Source: an uncultured Candidatus Rokubacteria bacterium (lineage in GTDB: Bacteria > Methylomirabilota > Methylomirabilia > Rokubacteriales > DASRDR01). Taken from it: 64,000 bases of DNA. Made by a program: the position numbers and the translations under genes. Each line of letters starts with the position of its first letter. Position 1 is the first letter of the stretch. The stretch is taken from NCBI GenBank assembly GCA_963805625.1, contig CAWDVE010000017.1, positions 544,001 to 608,000 on the forward strand. The letters run 5' to 3'. Below the pieces are notes generated by a model. That model saw only the letters and a program-made list of their open reading frames with translations, ran no database searches and had not been told where the DNA came from. Positions 61,394-64,000 of the stretch are shown in pieces.

Positions 61394-61839
61394 CGACCGC
61401 TCCGCGCTTTCCCGTGTCGGTCAAGGGCATCCTGCTGGTGCCGGGGGATCCTCGCGTGGCCGGCAGCCGGCGCGTCGCGCTCCTCGAGAACGAGCGAGGC
61501 GAGTGGGAGCTGCCAGGAGGGAAGCTCGAGCGAGGGGAGACCCCCGAGACGTGTCTCGTCCGGGAGATCCGCGAGGAGCTGGGTGTCATCGCGACGCCTG
61601 GCCCCCTCCTCGACGTGTGGCTGTACCAGCTCCCGGCGGGCGCGCCGGCGAGCGAGGTCCTGGTCGTGACCTACGGGTGTCGCGCCGAGCCCTTCGACGA
61701 GATCCGCTGGACCGCCGAGCATCGTGGCGGTCTCCTGGCGTCGCTCGACGAGCTCGAGCGGCTGCCGATGCCGGAGGGCTACCGGCGATCGATCCGGGCC
61801 TGGGCGGCGACGTCCGGCGGGGAAGCCTTCCTGAGCTGA
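61390..61839 (+). CDS. NUDIX hydrolase
   Basis: WELPGGKLERGETPETCLVREIREELG Nudix box; GTGA overlap with permease. Confidence 0.92.
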   Translation: MTTAPRFPVSVKGILLVPGDPRVAGSRRVALLENERGEWELPGGKLERGETPETCLVREIREELGVIATPGPLLDVWLYQLPAGAPASEVLVVTYGCRAEPFDEIRWTAEHRGGLLASLDELERLPMPEGYRRSIRAWAATSGGEAFLS

Positions 61840-61967
61840 CGTGCATCGCGCGTCCGCCATGTCGAGCATCAGCGGGCGGCTTGTCGAAAGGGAGAGGGAC
61901 CTCTATCTTCAGGAGACGCGGCTCCCGCTCGAACCGCCCATCTAGACCCGAGGAGGCCGGACTCGCC

Positions 61968-62714
61968 ATGCTCGATCGCTTGCTGGAGACCCGTCGCACG
62001 CACCGGAAGGCGCCGCTGCCGTCACCGTCCATCGGGCTCGACGTGGCCTACCGCATCCAGGACGAGCTGCGGGAAACGCTCGTCGCCCGGGGGGAGCGGG
62101 TCATCGGCTGGAAAGCTGGGCTGACCGGCCGGATTGCCCAGGAGACCACGGGGATCCACCACCCCGTTTCCGGCTTCCTCCTCGGCGACGGCGTCTACGC
62201 GACGGGCGAGGCGGTGCCCATGTCGCGCTTCGCGGATCTGGCGGTGGAGGTCGAGACCGCCTTCGTGATGAAGCGGGACCTGACGGGGCCGGGCGTGACG
62301 CCGGCAGCGGCGCTGCTGGCGGTGGAGGGAGCGCTCCCCGCCCTCGAGCTGGTGGAGTTCCGCTGGGAGGGCAACCCCACGGGTGGCGACCTCATCGCGG
62401 ACGGCGTCGCCGGGAACGCGATCGTGCTGGGCCAGCCCCTGACGTCCGTGGTCGGCCTCGACCTCGCGCTCGAGGGAGTCGTCTTCGAGATGGGCGGGCG
62501 GGTCATGGCGACCAACACCGCTGCGGAGGTCCTGGGCAATCCCCTGAACTCGCTCGCCTGGCTCGCGAACCATCTCGGGGAGCGCGGACTGGGACTCCGC
62601 GCCGGCGACCTCGTGATGAGCGGGTCGATCTCCGCTCTCCTGCGACCGAAGGCGGGGGACGTGGTGACGGCGCGCTTCACGCGCCTGGGATCCGTGAGCG
62701 CGCGGTTCATTTGA
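61968..62714 (+). CDS. 2-keto-4-pentenoate hydratase / FAH-family protein
   Basis: AYRIQ, GWKAGLT, VEVETAF, LIADG, VLGNPLNSLAWLAN, MSGS; GAGGAGG RBS. Confidence 0.9.
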   Translation: MLDRLLETRRTHRKAPLPSPSIGLDVAYRIQDELRETLVARGERVIGWKAGLTGRIAQETTGIHHPVSGFLLGDGVYATGEAVPMSRFADLAVEVETAFVMKRDLTGPGVTPAAALLAVEGALPALELVEFRWEGNPTGGDLIADGVAGNAIVLGQPLTSVVGLDLALEGVVFEMGGRVMATNTAAEVLGNPLNSLAWLANHLGERGLGLRAGDLVMSGSISALLRPKAGDVVTARFTRLGSVSARFI

Positions 62715-62736
62715 TGATGGTATGGGTGAGGATGAC

Positions 62737-63582
62737 ATGAGCAAATTGCTGACGGTGGCGCAGATCGAGCAGTACCACCGGGACGGGATCGTCTTCCCGG
62801 TGCCGGTCCTGTCTCCGGGCGAGACCGCGCACTTCCGCGCGGCCTTTGAGGAGGTGGCCGCCCGGCTCGGCGGGAGACCCGTTGCCCAGGCGCTGGGCCA
62901 CACCCAGTCGTACTTCCGCTGGGCGTACGATCTCGCAACCCACCCCAGGATCCTCGATGCCGTCGAGGACGTTCTGGGGCCCAACCTCCTCGTGTGGACG
63001 GTCTCCATCTTCCCGAAGTACCCGCGCGATCCGGGGTACATCTCGTGGCATCAGGACGGCACCTACTGGGGGCTGGACTCGACCCGGGTGGTGACGGCGT
63101 GGGTCGCCCTCACCGACAGCACCCGTGACAACGGCTGCATGCGGGTGGTGCCGGGCTCGCACCGGCAGCCGATCCTGCCACACCGAGACACCTACGCCGC
63201 CGACAACCGCCTGAGCCGGGGCCAGGAGATCGAGGTGGAGGTGGCCGAGCAGGACGCGGTGGACGTGGTTCTGCGGGCCGGCGAGATGTCCCTCCACCAC
63301 GTCAACATCATCCACGGCTCGAACTCAAACCCGTCGGACGGCTCGCGGATCGGCTTCGCCCCCCGCTTCATGACTCCCGAGACCCGTCAGATCGACGGCG
63401 AGCCGCTCACCGCGGTGCTGGCGCGCGGGCGCGACAGCCACGGGCACTTCCAGCTGCTTCCGGGGCCGCCGGCGCTCGGCTTTGACGAGGCGCTGGCCGC
63501 CCAGCAGGCGGCGGCCGGTCAGTTCCTCACCGGGATTCGGAAGACGCGCGGGCACTACGCGGCGGGCACCGGCGGAGACTGA
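62737..63582 (+). CDS. Phytanoyl-CoA dioxygenase (PhyH) family Fe/2OG oxygenase
   Basis: SWHQDGTYWG, NGCMRVVPGSH, GEMSLHHVNIIHGS, RIG. Confidence 0.92.
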   Translation: MSKLLTVAQIEQYHRDGIVFPVPVLSPGETAHFRAAFEEVAARLGGRPVAQALGHTQSYFRWAYDLATHPRILDAVEDVLGPNLLVWTVSIFPKYPRDPGYISWHQDGTYWGLDSTRVVTAWVALTDSTRDNGCMRVVPGSHRQPILPHRDTYAADNRLSRGQEIEVEVAEQDAVDVVLRAGEMSLHHVNIIHGSNSNPSDGSRIGFAPRFMTPETRQIDGEPLTAVLARGRDSHGHFQLLPGPPALGFDEALAAQQAAAGQFLTGIRKTRGHYAAGTGGD

Positions 63583-63691
63583 CCGCGGCGCGGGGCCTGT
63601 ATACCCGAGTAGTGGAGCCGTCCGTGCCCACGCCTCTGGCGGGGCCGGGTTGGGCACGGGCGGATGGGGCAGCCCGTCAAGGCGGGTCGGG

Positions 63692-63815
63692 CTGCACAGT
63701 AGACTGTGCAGGAGTGCACTGTGGACTGTGCAGTCTTCGTAGGCTGCTGAATTTTCAGGCGCCAAGTCGTCGATGGCCCACCTGGGATCGCCGGCCTGCA
63801 CAGTGGATTGTGCAG
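63692..63815. repeat. Three copies of a 20-bp palindrome (TGCAC-N8-GTGCA core), putative activator sites
   Basis: CTGCACAGTAGACTGTGCAG 63692-63711, GTGCACTGTGGACTGTGCAG 63714-63733, CTGCACAGTGGATTGTGCAG 63796-63815. Confidence 0.8.
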
Positions 63816-63889
63816 AAGCTCCCCGCGCCTTGCCCCCTGCGCGACCTCCAACTGTCGATGACCACTGGCCTCGTCATTCAGGGCATGAC

Positions 63890-63905
63890 CGGCACGGGCC
63901 GTGCA
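63890..63905 (+). promoter_or_regulatory. Putative sigma54 promoter
   Basis: CGGCACGGGCCGTGCA, GG-N10-GC; followed by GGAGGTGAGG RBS and ATG 63957. Confidence 0.55.
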
Positions 63906-63956
63906 CGAGAAAGCGTCCTTGGACTCCCCAACCCCAGCGGAGGTGAGGTTGCGCCC

Positions 63957-64000
63957 ATGAGCCGGGATGGCTACAGCGATCCGCGTCGAGCTGGCAAGGG
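63957..64000 (+). CDS. 5' end of an unknown gene (runs off the window)
   Basis: RBS + ATG, frame open to the window end (MSRDGYSDPRRAGK). Confidence 0.4.
   Translation, partial: MSRDGYSDPRRAGK

Noticed and set aside
59866-61839. 657-aa ORF as a large NUDIX fusion
   Set aside because: Only the last 149 codons are NUDIX; the rest overlaps the permease in another frame.
63692-63815. Palindromic repeats as a mini CRISPR array
   Set aside because: Gaps between copies are 2 and 62 bp, there are no regular spacers, and no cas genes are in the window.

Overview
High-GC bacterial window dense in transport and catabolic genes. Gene style suggests Rokubacteria/Methylomirabilota or a similar soil lineage (inference only). 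I saw no rRNA, tRNA, CRISPR array or recognisable transposase/integrase. Main blocks: a NitT/TauT-type ABC transporter; an AhpC/TSA-like gene with an in-frame TGA in a UxxC motif followed by a SECIS-like hairpin (probable selenoprotein, missed by the ORF track); amidase, aldo/keto reductase and amidohydrolase; msrA; an RRM RNA-binding protein; a class I/II aminotransferase homologue lacking the catalytic Lys; an N,N-dimethylformamidase large-subunit homologue; a PSCyt/PSD1 + DUF1501 pair behind a sigma54 promoter; a ~15 kb GntR-led cluster (three PLP enzymes, three C-N hydrolases including an in-frame nitrilase-DegT ORF, two peptide-type ABC modules without ATPases); a membrane protein with a duplicated PmoC/AmoC-like D-x3-H...P-x-H motif near a Fae homologue; 4-coumarate-CoA ligase-like and PhyH genes; a DEAD-box helicase; an atypical transketolase; a three-domain NirK; and an SIS/ABC/NUDIX cluster. 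The window ends with three copies of a palindrome ahead of a sigma54-like promoter. The RRM and DEAD-box genes have long structured leaders that share a 13-nt and an 8-nt motif. About ten abruptly truncated or frameshifted gene remnants are scattered through the window. Product calls come from motifs recognised by eye, not from database searches.
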